Source: a virus
Length of the DNA stretch: 42,276 nt
Direction: 5' to 3' (one strand)
Virus record (IMG/VR): IMGVR_UViG_3300020219_000004
Span: 1 to 42,276 of that record
In this document: positions 9,035-18,831 of the stretch, piece by piece
Layout: each line of letters starts with the position of its first letter
How positions within the stretch are numbered: position 1 is the first letter of the stretch
Made by a program: the position numbers and the translations under genes
Notes under the pieces: model-generated
The model's database searches: none
What the model saw: the letters and a program-made list of their open reading frames with translations, nothing else
Told to the model about the DNA's origin: nothing

Positions 9035-10066
9035 CTACCTTTTATAAAATGGGTCTTTGTATGGGGATGGGGGTCTGTTCCAGGTTGTATTGAATATATC
9101 CCATAATACTTGTCTGTCCTTGGTACTGGTTATCTTGTTGGTAGCGAAGTAATTATTAGCCCATGAGTCTTGAACCTGCCTTGAAGAGTATGGCGATGCC
9201 TTCATTTGTCCTTTGATGTAGTTAACGAAGTCCGCGCCAACATCAAAGCCACCACTGTCACCGCCACCACCGCCTGAAGAAGCCGCTGGCTTATTAGCCT
9301 GTGCTACATTAAAGGCATAGGTCTGGTCATACTGCCTTCTATCTTCAACTATCTTATCTCGTTCCATCTGAATTTTAACCTCCCACTGGCGTTTCTCTTC
9401 AGCAGTTTTGGCATTATCTCTTTGTATGGTCATTCGGTCTATTAAGCCTTGGCGTTTGGTCTGTTGGCCTTGGAAGCCATAGTCGGCTTGAATTTTACCT
9501 TCGCCTAGTATCCTACCGTAGCTACCTTCTGCAACTTCAAACTCACGGCCACGGTCACGAAGTTGTTCTGCTATAGGTGCAGATTCCATGGCTACTAACC
9601 TTCGGCGCTGGGCTTCGGTAACTAAAGAGTTTTGTGTACGTCCAGTGACATCACTATCCACATTACGGAGTAGATTTTCAGTATTCATAAGTTGAGTTTT
9701 TAATCCTGTTACACGGGTACGCGCATCAGATATCCCTAGCGATTCCAAGGCAGAGTTATAAATATCCAAAGGAGATTGAGCGGCTTTATCAAATTCCGTG
9801 AGGTCGCCGTAGAGTTGGTCGGCTTGCTGTTGGTATTGGTTGCCTACGGGGGCTGCGGCGGGAGCGGCTTGGGGGGCGGCTGGAGCAGCTTGCTGTACGG
9901 GAGCTGGAGCTGCTTGTTGACGAGATGTTGCTATCGGTCGGAAGCCCGCTACCGAAGCTGAATACGTCCTGTTAAAATCAGCAACTGACATTCCGCTTGT
10001 TAGTGAGCTACGCATAGCAGGAGAGAGGTCTAGTCCGCTAATCTCTACGTTTCCTAGTATTGCCAT
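9035..10066 (-). CDS. Virion structural protein (putative)
   Basis: 343-aa ORF with a Q/A/P-rich low-complexity stretch and coiled-coil-like middle; sits in the structural block. Confidence 0.6.
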   Translation of the reverse strand: MAILGNVEISGLDLSPAMRSSLTSGMSVADFNRTYSASVAGFRPIATSRQQAAPAPVQQAAPAAPQAAPAAAPVGNQYQQQADQLYGDLTEFDKAAQSPLDIYNSALESLGISDARTRVTGLKTQLMNTENLLRNVDSDVTGRTQNSLVTEAQRRRLVAMESAPIAEQLRDRGREFEVAEGSYGRILGEGKIQADYGFQGQQTKRQGLIDRMTIQRDNAKTAEEKRQWEVKIQMERDKIVEDRRQYDQTYAFNVAQANKPAASSGGGGGDSGGFDVGADFVNYIKGQMKASPYSSRQVQDSWANNYFATNKITSTKDRQVLWDIFNTTWNRPPSPYKDPFYKR

Positions 10067-10090
10067 AACTATATCCTTATAAAATTAAAA

Positions 10091-10129
10091 CTCAGAGGCA
10101 AAGCCGTCTGAGCTGGTTTTATTATATCA
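10091..10129 (-). promoter_or_regulatory. Intergenic cassette copy 2: TGATATAAT, AGCTCAGACGGC, hairpin, U-tract
   Basis: Minus strand reads tgatataat-aaaaccag-CTCAGACGGCtttGCCTCTGAGttttaattttataaggatatagttATG. Confidence 0.4.
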
Positions 10130-10576
10130 CGAAGTCGTGCTTCTCGTACCATCATAGATAACGTCACGAAAACTGTCTAGGTATATTTTTACATGAAAAT
10201 AAACATGATAAGTCCCTGTTGTAGCAGTCTCATGCCAAACCATAATATTGATATTAGTGCTATCGGTATAACAGTAATAGGCATCATTTAGGGAGCGTGT
10301 GGTCGGTACGCCAGAATATAGCTGAGTAGGAGAAATATAAACACTATCCAGTGTGGGGCTATAGTCAGCCACGGCATTACCAGATAAACTAGCCTTTTTG
10401 GCTACCCACATATCATGCAGGGGAATCCCACTCATACCATGAGGGATACTAAGCGTTTTAACAAACGCCGCATCAGCAAAGTTATAAGTGTAGTAGGTTA
10501 CGAATGAATTAGCGGCATGACGCTTTAGGAATGGATAAGACCGAGGTAAAACTTGATGTGGTAGTATACGCCCCAT
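10127..10576 (-). CDS. Small structural protein, paralog family member
   Basis: LPRSYPFLKRHAANSFVTYYTYN matches LPAPYPFWTRHAAFTGMTYLDYN in 11032..11544; the C-terminal VYFHVKIYLD matches VYIKFFLFDD. Confidence 0.6.
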   Translation of the reverse strand: MGRILPHQVLPRSYPFLKRHAANSFVTYYTYNFADAAFVKTLSIPHGMSGIPLHDMWVAKKASLSGNAVADYSPTLDSVYISPTQLYSGVPTTRSLNDAYYCYTDSTNINIMVWHETATTGTYHVYFHVKIYLDSFRDVIYDGTRSTTS

Positions 10577-11035
10577 TTAAGTTACCGTTGGCTTTATTAA
10601 CGGAGCGTCAAAAGTATCATTGAAGATTGTTACTCGCAGATAATCTTGAAACGTATCAGCTATTGGGCCATATAGTGCATCATAACGAACATAATAAGTA
10701 TTTTTATCCATACGGATAGAGTAGTTGTCATAGGCGGCTGATGCTAATGTATCTACCTTGGGGTCGGGGTCAGTATCATACAACACATATCTAGCATGGG
10801 GCAGGGCATGAACCACTCCACCCACATCAAAAGTCAAGCCATTACCCTTCTGAGCCTGATCAGCATCCACCGCCCAGACCATAAATAAGTTTGCATTACC
10901 TATATAGTGGTTGCCTGTAAATGTTGTCGTTGAAAGTTGATTAAGATAATTAAACTTCTGAGTAGTTATATAGTTAACCTGCCTAGTTAGGACAGCTAAT
11001 GCTCCAGGGTAAACTTGATATTGAGTACCTATCAT
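10577..11035 (-). CDS. Small structural protein, possible third paralog
   Basis: Similar size and position; only weak similarity (LRVTIFNDTFD vs VYIKFFLFDDDPF). Confidence 0.55.
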   Translation of the reverse strand: MIGTQYQVYPGALAVLTRQVNYITTQKFNYLNQLSTTTFTGNHYIGNANLFMVWAVDADQAQKGNGLTFDVGGVVHALPHARYVLYDTDPDPKVDTLASAAYDNYSIRMDKNTYYVRYDALYGPIADTFQDYLRVTIFNDTFDAPLIKPTVT

Positions 11036-11544
11036 AATAAAGCCGAGGTTGAAGTTGTATTAGGGTTAAGGAAAGGGTCATCATCAAACAGGAAAAACTT
11101 TATGTAAACTCGTTTAGTAGCCGAGGTGCCAAAGGCAGTAATTGAGTGCCGTACAAAATACAGTTGGTTGGTAGCTGAGAAGAAACTGGTATTAAAACTT
11201 TCTATGGCTACCCCCGAAGAATTACGCCGAATAATAGGGAACTTATATATTGCAGTTGAGGTAGTATAATTAAGAGAACTATCGGAGTCGCGCACCCAGG
11301 TTAGTACGAGCGGGGTCTTTGCAAAGTTATGACCACCATCGGTGGTATCAATAACTACACTAACCCGACTAATCACCGAACTATTATAATCCAAATATGT
11401 CATACCAGTAAAAGCCGCATGACGAGTCCAAAACGGGTAGGGAGCGGGTAGGAAGTTTAGCGAACTAGGACGGGCGTTTTCTTCCAGCGACTTCCATAAG
11501 GGGCGGTTAGGTATGGTGCGAAAACCCTTAACTTTTCTAGGCAT
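11032..11544 (-). CDS. Small structural protein, paralog family member
   Basis: Shares the LPxxYPFxxRHAA...TY..YN motif with 10127..10576. Confidence 0.6.
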   Translation of the reverse strand: MPRKVKGFRTIPNRPLWKSLEENARPSSLNFLPAPYPFWTRHAAFTGMTYLDYNSSVISRVSVVIDTTDGGHNFAKTPLVLTWVRDSDSSLNYTTSTAIYKFPIIRRNSSGVAIESFNTSFFSATNQLYFVRHSITAFGTSATKRVYIKFFLFDDDPFLNPNTTSTSALL

Positions 11545-11545
11545 A

Positions 11546-13420
11546 TCAGTCCTTTTCTGATTCTAATGGGTCGTATATGAGGGTTACAGATATTATTTCA
11601 GGCGTAGCAGTGGTCGCTACGGCATCAAAACTTAGTTGTATTTCTTTGTAGCGTTTGTTTATATTTAATTTAATTACAGTGTCGGTGGCTACTGCGGCAG
11701 TCCCCGAAGTATAACTAGTAGCTCGGTCTATCTTATACTTCGGTGTAATGGTTGCCCCCGTAGGTAGGGCCTTGAAGGTAATTTCTAATTTAGTTGCTTG
11801 TTTGGTTTTGTCTGGCCTACCGTTATCTACAATTAGACTCTCCCAAGTAGCTGTGCTAAAGGGGTCAGAGTCAGGACTGATCTTATCCACTCCGTAGTTA
11901 GCCCCGTCTCTCCAACTGAGGAACATCTTATCCCCAAAGCTCCACACACCCCCCAAACGTAATGTACCATTAACGATTGTACCTGTTGACATAGTATAGG
12001 AATACCCAAAGGCATCTGGATAATTCCTATTACGAGAACCGTAGGAATAAACTCCATGCTGAACAGCCGTAGAACTTGTTATAGACGGGAAAGCCCCCAT
12101 GAGGATTCCGTTACGGATAGCTTGGGTGTGAGGGTTGTTTACGAAGTAGGTAGCGGTATCTGTAAACTCAGTATCTGTATTGGGCATTTGGAATATCTTA
12201 ACTGGGTCACCACCAGACCAGGCATACCAACTCCCACCAGCAAAGTAATATAATACATTTTTATGCACTCGTAGGCCGTAGGGCGCACCTTCTGGCACAT
12301 CTATTACAAAGTTATAAGTCTGTGACGTTCCATCCCATAGGAATATCTTACCTTCCTGAAACTCGTTTGTGGCACTCGTAGAGCGCTTCTCAGCCGCTAT
12401 AGCGAAATACTCGGTATATTGCGCTCCTGAAGTAGCTTCGTAGCCCTCAGGGAACGTCAGACGGTGCTGGACAAACTCTAACGCCGTTGGAGTTGTTTGA
12501 GATATTGGCTCCCATGCTACTACGTGTCTTTCGTTTAAGATTAGGTAATACTGTAGAAATCTATAAATAGGGTGGAAGTTATTTACTGGGTCTACCAGTC
12601 TATTACTCCAACTTTCATATCTTGCAGTCGAGAAATCCGAGGCAGTACCACTACCAATAGTTGAAGCCGTCCCCGAAGGATGGGTTATGTGAAAGTGATA
12701 ATTAGCTGGGTTAGGTCTGACCAGCATCCTGACGGGAGTGGTGAATACAAACTCGTTTAAGGCTCCATTAGTGACAGAAGCATTTAGTATTGTCTGAGTA
12801 GCTAGAGTATTGTTAGCCTGGTCGTGCATAGTTATAACTAAATTACCCGTACCCTTAGTAGTAACCCAAACTTTAACAGAGTAAAGCGGTTCTATGGTTG
12901 GTGATAATAACAGTTTATGTGTAGCGGTTTCAGTTATTGAACCAGTGGTTGTATAGGTACTCGTTGATACGGTGGCACTCTGGTCTACTAAGGCTGAGAA
13001 AGTATTGTTGACAGGAGTCAGTGAACCACCAAACACCCCGTCAGCTCCCGTTATGGAGTGTATCGCCGTCAAACCTGGAACATAAATAGTATCGTGTTGT
13101 AGGTTATAGACCATACCACAGGCTGTATTAGTTAGGGTTGTGCCGTGCTTAGACCAACTTCCTGCGGTAGTCCGTACATACACGCCCCCTGCGTCTCCTA
13201 CCGCTACAATCTTTCCCGAAGGGAGTTGTATCATATCGGTGATCAGGTCTGTGACTGTGGTGCTGGACTCTTTAACGGTTGCTGGGAGGATAGATAACAA
13301 ATTAGGGTCTTTACGAAAATCTATGTGTTTGGAATAAGCAAAGGAATGTGGAACCCCTTCTTTTGTGGACTGACTTTGGCCACCGCTGTTTCTAACAATG
13401 GTTAAGGGTATTTTCATCAA
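11546..13420 (-). CDS. Large tail/virion structural protein (putative)
   Basis: 624-aa ORF, beta-rich composition, start/stop-coupled to its neighbours in the tail region. Confidence 0.65.
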   Translation of the reverse strand: MMKIPLTIVRNSGGQSQSTKEGVPHSFAYSKHIDFRKDPNLLSILPATVKESSTTVTDLITDMIQLPSGKIVAVGDAGGVYVRTTAGSWSKHGTTLTNTACGMVYNLQHDTIYVPGLTAIHSITGADGVFGGSLTPVNNTFSALVDQSATVSTSTYTTTGSITETATHKLLLSPTIEPLYSVKVWVTTKGTGNLVITMHDQANNTLATQTILNASVTNGALNEFVFTTPVRMLVRPNPANYHFHITHPSGTASTIGSGTASDFSTARYESWSNRLVDPVNNFHPIYRFLQYYLILNERHVVAWEPISQTTPTALEFVQHRLTFPEGYEATSGAQYTEYFAIAAEKRSTSATNEFQEGKIFLWDGTSQTYNFVIDVPEGAPYGLRVHKNVLYYFAGGSWYAWSGGDPVKIFQMPNTDTEFTDTATYFVNNPHTQAIRNGILMGAFPSITSSTAVQHGVYSYGSRNRNYPDAFGYSYTMSTGTIVNGTLRLGGVWSFGDKMFLSWRDGANYGVDKISPDSDPFSTATWESLIVDNGRPDKTKQATKLEITFKALPTGATITPKYKIDRATSYTSGTAAVATDTVIKLNINKRYKEIQLSFDAVATTATPEIISVTLIYDPLESEKD

Positions 13421-14310
13421 ACCACCTTATAATCTCTGTGATGGTGTACGTATCCTTGTCGTAATCTGATTGGTCGGAAGTATTGTGAACCTGTCTTGGA
13501 AGAGTAATCAGCCATACACTCCGCTAGGGATTCGTCAAACGCTGACTTCATATCCCTAGCTAGAACAGTATCCCTACGTCTACGGTAGTAACGATAGCAA
13601 GCATAGTCTACTAGGGATTCATGGAACTCCTCAGGGATATCAGGTAATTCACCTATCGTATAGGCTAGGGAGGCTAGGGTTGCCCCAGAGTAAGTATTCT
13701 CCAGCGTTATAACTGTCGTACTTGTAAAGGCCGATATTTTATACCACTCACCGTCTCCTGTAGCGGTAGTGACGTTCAGCCATCTTCCAACCATAGCCAC
13801 CGTAAAGGTCGTACCAGAGCCAGTCACCGTTGCTGAGTTAATCGTCATCGTTACCGTACCCGTGGTGTAATCAGCTTCTACCATATCTCTCATTCGCCGT
13901 TCGTAATTCAATCTACCAGCGTTGGCTGTGGTAGCTGAAGGGATTGGCCAGATGCCAAACTCATCATTCCCTCTGACGTAATAATACTCAGGTACGGTAG
14001 AGGTAGTGGAGGTACGCATGTTCAGATGTTGCCAGGTTTCGTAATCAGCTATTTCTGTTAATGGGTAGGCTATGTTACCTATTGTTATAGTTACCCATTT
14101 CATACGGATAGAGTTTTCAGGCATTTGATAGTACTGTTGGGCAGCTACTATACCAAAGGTCTTTTCACTGGTTCGCCATTCTCTATTTAGGATAGCGCCG
14201 AACTTTTTCATTCCCTGATTTATGGCTCTCTTGATGAGTGTCAAACTACTGGCGTCAGAGTCCTGCGTTTGAAGGACTGCTTCATCATATATGTTTTGGA
14301 ATGTCAGCAT
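13417..14310 (-). CDS. Virion structural protein (putative)
   Basis: 297-aa ORF; its stop overlaps the start of the next gene. Confidence 0.6.
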   Translation of the reverse strand: MLTFQNIYDEAVLQTQDSDASSLTLIKRAINQGMKKFGAILNREWRTSEKTFGIVAAQQYYQMPENSIRMKWVTITIGNIAYPLTEIADYETWQHLNMRTSTTSTVPEYYYVRGNDEFGIWPIPSATTANAGRLNYERRMRDMVEADYTTGTVTMTINSATVTGSGTTFTVAMVGRWLNVTTATGDGEWYKISAFTSTTVITLENTYSGATLASLAYTIGELPDIPEEFHESLVDYACYRYYRRRRDTVLARDMKSAFDESLAECMADYSSKTGSQYFRPIRLRQGYVHHHRDYKVV

Positions 14311-14326
14311 TGTGTTTGTCCTTTCA

Positions 14327-15289
14327 TTATGCTGTCCTCTTGTACATTCTCACGACTATGTATGGCTGTAGGTTATTGTGAGCGCCACCACCACCAGTAT
14401 TTTGATTAGTGGCTGCCGTAGCGCCAGTATTTACGGTAGCTGCGCCATCCATTCCACTTCCTCCGGCAGCACCGAAGACACCGACACCAGAGTTTGCTGT
14501 TTCGGTATGTTGGTGAGCATCTTGGGTATGAGTGTGACTTGGCATTTCAGTAGTCGTTAGCGTATGTGTCTTAGCACCACCAGTTTCCTCGTCAGTATCA
14601 AACTCTGTCTGACCAGAATCAAACCCAACGGGTACTCTACCAGCTCCAAAGGCTGACCAAGTGCCGAATCCTAAAGACGTAGCAGGGTTAGTGCTATTCA
14701 CAGAGAAATATATACAGCCTATGGGGTAAACTTTTTTAAGCACTTCCGTAACAGTGACATTAGTATCGATTACACTGCCAGTTGAGAGGGTTTTATTAGT
14801 CACAGTCTGCGTAGCATCAGTCGTCAAAACATTAGTCGTGGCATTACCAGGACTAACAACCTTTAATGTACCATCTAGTAATGATACGTTGAGCACAGCG
14901 GCACCGCTACCGAAAACTGCTAACGTACCAGTTGTGTCAACACCAATGTTATATTCTCCGCCATCAGTATTGGCATTTATCCGCAAGATTCCATTAGCAC
15001 CAGATATGTCCACTATACCGTTAGTAACCAATGGGGTAGTCATTGATGGGGTGGTAAGAGTCAACCCAGCCAGCGTAGCCGTCCAAGTAGAAGTCCCCGT
15101 ACCATCTCCAACCAAAACTTTATTTAAGGCAGGCGTAGCTGAGCCAGTACCAATTTTAGTTTCAATAGCCAATAGATCAACACCAACAAAATCAAGGTAA
15201 GCCGATATACCAATACCACCCCCCGCAGTCCCTAAGACCTCTCCAGCGGTAGTATCTGGCAAAGTAGTCAAAGCACTAGGATAAGCCAC
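14327..15289 (-). CDS. Tail fibre protein with C-terminal tail-collar / MdpB-like domain
   Basis: YPIGCIYFS...GFGTW...GGAKTHTLTTTEMPSHTHTQDAHQH...GGGGAHNNLQPYIVV is the characteristic collar-domain signature. Confidence 0.7.
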   Translation of the reverse strand: MAYPSALTTLPDTTAGEVLGTAGGGIGISAYLDFVGVDLLAIETKIGTGSATPALNKVLVGDGTGTSTWTATLAGLTLTTPSMTTPLVTNGIVDISGANGILRINANTDGGEYNIGVDTTGTLAVFGSGAAVLNVSLLDGTLKVVSPGNATTNVLTTDATQTVTNKTLSTGSVIDTNVTVTEVLKKVYPIGCIYFSVNSTNPATSLGFGTWSAFGAGRVPVGFDSGQTEFDTDEETGGAKTHTLTTTEMPSHTHTQDAHQHTETANSGVGVFGAAGGSGMDGAATVNTGATAATNQNTGGGGAHNNLQPYIVVRMYKRTA

Positions 15290-15583
15290 CTACACCTCCG
15301 CATAGGCTGTCGTAGCCTTGGTACTAAGTTGATTAGGAACATCAGCGGTTAGATAACCATGTAGATAAACTACCAAACTACCTAGTGTAACTGTAAGACT
15401 ACCTAAGGTTACGGATGTGGCACTATCAGCATCCGAGTCTATGTAGGAAGTGTTATTTTTAGTACCATTAGTATAACTAGTACTATTTTTAGCTGGCGTA
15501 GTATAAGCAACAGCATTTTTAGAAGTAGCAGTATAGGCAGTGGTAGGTTTGGTTGTTGATGCGTAGGCTGTGGTATTCTTCAT
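15290..15583 (-). CDS. Thr/Tyr-rich repeat protein abutting the tail-fibre gene
   Basis: Five tandem decapeptides K-[NP]-x-[TV]-[AS]-Y-x-x-x-x plus a VTLGSL duplication. Its stop is directly adjacent to the tail-fibre start. Confidence 0.55.
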   Translation of the reverse strand: MKNTTAYASTTKPTTAYTATSKNAVAYTTPAKNSTSYTNGTKNNTSYIDSDADSATSVTLGSLTVTLGSLVVYLHGYLTADVPNQLSTKATTAYAEV

Positions 15584-15595
15584 ATTATTCCTTAT

Positions 15596-15645
15596 TAAAA
15601 AAACGGCAGTAATACTGCCGTTTGAGCTATACCCAAATTATACCA
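15596..15645 (-). promoter_or_regulatory. Intergenic cassette copy 3: TGGTATAAT, AGCTCAAACGGC, strong hairpin, U7
   Basis: Minus strand reads tggtataat-ttgggtat-agctcaaACGGCAGtattaCTGCCGTttttttaataaggaataatATG. The 7-bp GC-rich stem plus U7 looks like an intrinsic terminator. Confidence 0.5.
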
Positions 15646-15711
15646 TATTTACTTTTAGTATCTACCCGACACCCAGTAAAGCAAAATGTTTAAGTCCCGA
15701 AACTGTAGCCG

Positions 15712-15972
15712 TTATACAATCTCTAACTTCACCACAGCAATCATCGCAATCTCAGCGTTCATAGAATCAGATGCTATTTTTTGTTGAGTAGGCAAGTTTA
15801 ATATCCCTGTATTTAATTTTGCCTCCTGTCCATCAAGCCACACGCTGAAAGCCGCTTTGGTAACTCCACCATCGGTAAAATACTCAATGATAGATGTGAT
15901 AGCTTTCATTGCATCATTTTGGTTTAATTCCGCGACATATGCGAGCAATAGTTTTTTTGTATCTTCAGTCAT
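15712..15972 (-). CDS. Hypothetical protein
   Basis: 86-aa ORF in the structural block. Confidence 0.5.
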   Translation of the reverse strand: MTEDTKKLLLAYVAELNQNDAMKAITSIIEYFTDGGVTKAAFSVWLDGQEAKLNTGILNLPTQQKIASDSMNAEIAMIAVVKLEIV

Positions 15973-16108
15973 AGTTTTATCATACCATATTAGGCAAGTT
16001 GTTCCAGTGACGCTGAAATAAATGATGCTGTTGTTCCTGCTGCGGTCATCGTAAGGGTTATAGCCGCCGCGGCAGTATTGATACTAAAATACATAACTGA
16101 GGAGAAAC

Positions 16109-16909
16109 TCAATGACGCTCCTGTAGTGGTAGTACGCAGTGTAGCGCTTCCCGTTTGCGTAACTGTTCCTGGCGCTTGGCTATTTCCTCAGATTTCTCAT
16201 CTAGTTCTTTTTCTTTAGTGTTCGCTTTTCGTTCACGTTGGCTTACTACTTTTTCGCGCATTTCTATTACAGTATTAGCTTCTTGGACTTTTTCTAGTAT
16301 TCCTTGGGCTTCTGTACGGTCTTTAGCCACTGATTGATATAATTCATCAACTTCAAGCAAACGTGGTTCTAGGGTGGTTTCACGTACGTTGATAGCCTTT
16401 TCTCGTTTATTTAACTCTTCTTCTGCTAACTTTAGGGTATTTTTACGATTGTTCAGTTCTCCTTCTGTTGCTTCAACATTTTTCTCACGTTTCTCGGTAT
16501 CTGTTTCTCTTAGACTAACATCAGTTTCACGGTCATCAGCTTCTTCATATCTAACGTCTAGTTCATTCTGTTGACTATCCAATTCATCATTACGCCTATC
16601 AGCCTCTAATTCACGCTGTTCAAGAATATAAAGGCTAGTAGTGTATTCTTTTTCCCACTTGGCTTCACTGACTTCTATGGCATCGGTTCGTTCTTTTGCC
16701 TCGACGTTGAATGTAATCTTTGCATCTCGTATTTTATCTGTGGCGCGTTCCATGTCCGCCATCACATTAACTGTTTGTCTATTCAGTGTGCGGACTTCTA
16801 GCTCCTTAGCCTCAACCTGTAATTTTAGCTTCGGAAGTTTCCTCACTAATTCTTTATGCTCAAATTGAAGGTCAGCTATCTTTTTTTTAAGTACCTCAAA
16901 GTCGTCCAT
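16109..16909 (-). CDS. Highly charged coiled-coil protein
   Basis: 266 aa, E/K/R-rich with heptad-like pattern throughout; ATGA-type overlap with the upstream gene. Confidence 0.6.
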   Translation of the reverse strand: MDDFEVLKKKIADLQFEHKELVRKLPKLKLQVEAKELEVRTLNRQTVNVMADMERATDKIRDAKITFNVEAKERTDAIEVSEAKWEKEYTTSLYILEQRELEADRRNDELDSQQNELDVRYEEADDRETDVSLRETDTEKREKNVEATEGELNNRKNTLKLAEEELNKREKAINVRETTLEPRLLEVDELYQSVAKDRTEAQGILEKVQEANTVIEMREKVVSQRERKANTKEKELDEKSEEIAKRQEQLRKREALHCVLPLQERH

Positions 16910-17466
16910 TAGTCGTCTATGACTTTAGAGGTAGGGAGTTTGCTCGTAGTGGCAGAGGCAACCGCTAGGGCTTCTTTTTGGGCTGATGCTTCTTTGGGGT
17001 TTAGGGCTGGGAACTCTTCTTCGTCTGGGACATTATAGCCAGTACCAGGAGGAGGGGTTGTAGGGGGCTTAATATCTTCTTCAACTTCTTTGGTTTTAGA
17101 CATAGACAAATCTATCTCTCCACCGCCGGCCTTAGCCTCGCGCATAGGCGCGTCTTTAATTCTCATTATAATCTCATCTTCGTATTTTGCCCTTACCGCA
17201 GGTTCGTAAATCCGGAGCAGGTCACTTTTATTATTTTGGATTAACTCATCTACAAGGGTTTTTACACCTAGCGTAGCTACAGCTCCACCAGGTAATTCGC
17301 TTATTTCACCGGACTTCATACGGTAGGCGTATGAGTTATCGTGTTCATCTGCTACGTTAAATACTACATCGTGATCTAAAGGATTCTGTGCCCAAACAGT
17401 TGATTGGGTATGGAAATGTCTCCAGCGGGGCGTATATCCATCTGGTCGATTAGTTTTAGGTTGCAT
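16909..17466 (-). CDS. Hypothetical structural-block protein
   Basis: 185-aa ORF preceded by AATAGGAGTCAATA, the same initiation region as the scaffold gene. Confidence 0.55.
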   Translation of the reverse strand: MQPKTNRPDGYTPRWRHFHTQSTVWAQNPLDHDVVFNVADEHDNSYAYRMKSGEISELPGGAVATLGVKTLVDELIQNNKSDLLRIYEPAVRAKYEDEIIMRIKDAPMREAKAGGGEIDLSMSKTKEVEEDIKPPTTPPPGTGYNVPDEEEFPALNPKEASAQKEALAVASATTSKLPTSKVIDD

Positions 17467-17513
17467 ATATTATTGACTCCTATTAGTTATAACAGGAGTA
17501 TACCATAAGTGCA

Positions 17514-18830
17514 TTATGCTGCCGTTCTAGTTGTGGCGGTGGTGGGCTTTAATACTAGGTCGTCAAACCAAGCGTCTGATATTTTACCAGCTGTGCCATT
17601 TTTTAATAGTATAAATACGTAACGAGCTGTTGAGGCTGTTGTGAAAGTTTGAGTAAGATTAGTCCAGTCATTTGTTCCTGAGAGTTTGTTTGTTGTATTC
17701 GTTACACCGGCACTTAATGCCCCCGAAAACTCACGAGCATCCGCAAACACTGAGTTTGTGACAACATTATTAGTTTTAACCCATACACTCAAAGTATAAC
17801 TAGTACTCGGTAATACAGGGATGACATCTCTCCGTGCTGGTGCTGAGCCGCTTGTTGAATTTGACACAACCACCGTCCCCGAAGCATCCAGTGTACTTAA
17901 TTTCATACTATAGACACCACTCCGAGTATGGTCAGTAGCAAATCTTGCTCCTGATGAAGGTGCTAGACCTCCACCTGGTATTGCCCACGCACCAAAGTTT
18001 GTGTTTGTAGTAGAGCCTCCTGATGTCCCGTCAATGTATCGGCTTATTGACGTAGTCGCAGCCGTAAAAGCTGGAGCAGACTCAAAGTCCCCATTCTTTA
18101 TTAGGTTTTGGTTTACGAGAGGGCGTGTTTTCATGGGCACATCAGCAGTGTAGGTTGCTCCTGTTATGGTGCCGTGATTAGCGTTACCTGATGTGTCGTT
18201 TGCAGTTGTGCCAGAGCCTTCGTTGAATTTGTATTCAGCTACTAGACCTGTGGTTGGTACTGTGCCTTGTTGGTAGAGGGCGGTTATTTGGGCTTGAGTT
18301 AGGGCTACGTTCCATATTCTTGGTTCGTCTATTGAGCCGTTGAAACTTCTGGTTGTATCTGTTCTGTCTCCTATTATTAGGTTATCGGTAGTGGTGATGT
18401 TTGATAAAGCAGATGTAGTTGCTGGTGTACCAGACGCTACCCCGTTAATGTAAAAGGTTACTGTTGCGCCTGAGGCTACTGTCACTAAAGCGTGAGTCCA
18501 TTGTCCGAGTGGGACACTACCAGAGGCACAAGATATTTCTGTGCCTGCATGTATAGCAAGACCAACTCTACCCAGAGTGGAATATTTGAAATAATATCCA
18601 TCTGCACCTGCAGCTGTAGTTTTATCAAATATTCTGCCAGCATTAGAGTCTCCAGTAGTCCTCGGATTTATCCAAGCACTCAAGGTAAAGCCAGTAGTTA
18701 GTAATTGGTTGGCGTGATGTGTGACTGTGACTAGGTCATCTACCCCATCAAATACTAATGCCGTCCCCATATCCCGTACCACTAACCTGCCAGAGGCGGC
18801 TATGCGACCTGTTGCTGTAGAGCGTGGCAT
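17514..18830 (-). CDS. LamG (concanavalin-like lectin) plus carbohydrate-binding-module protein; receptor-binding or decoration candidate
   Basis: LVFDGVDD...FTLSAWINP...WTHALVT...FNGSIDEPRIWN is typical of Laminin_G_3. The C-terminal half (LIKNGDFES...WFDDLVLKP) resembles CBM4/9-type modules. Confidence 0.7.
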   Translation of the reverse strand: MPRSTATGRIAASGRLVVRDMGTALVFDGVDDLVTVTHHANQLLTTGFTLSAWINPRTTGDSNAGRIFDKTTAAGADGYYFKYSTLGRVGLAIHAGTEISCASGSVPLGQWTHALVTVASGATVTFYINGVASGTPATTSALSNITTTDNLIIGDRTDTTRSFNGSIDEPRIWNVALTQAQITALYQQGTVPTTGLVAEYKFNEGSGTTANDTSGNANHGTITGATYTADVPMKTRPLVNQNLIKNGDFESAPAFTAATTSISRYIDGTSGGSTTNTNFGAWAIPGGGLAPSSGARFATDHTRSGVYSMKLSTLDASGTVVVSNSTSGSAPARRDVIPVLPSTSYTLSVWVKTNNVVTNSVFADAREFSGALSAGVTNTTNKLSGTNDWTNLTQTFTTASTARYVFILLKNGTAGKISDAWFDDLVLKPTTATTRTAA

Positions 18831-18831
18831 G

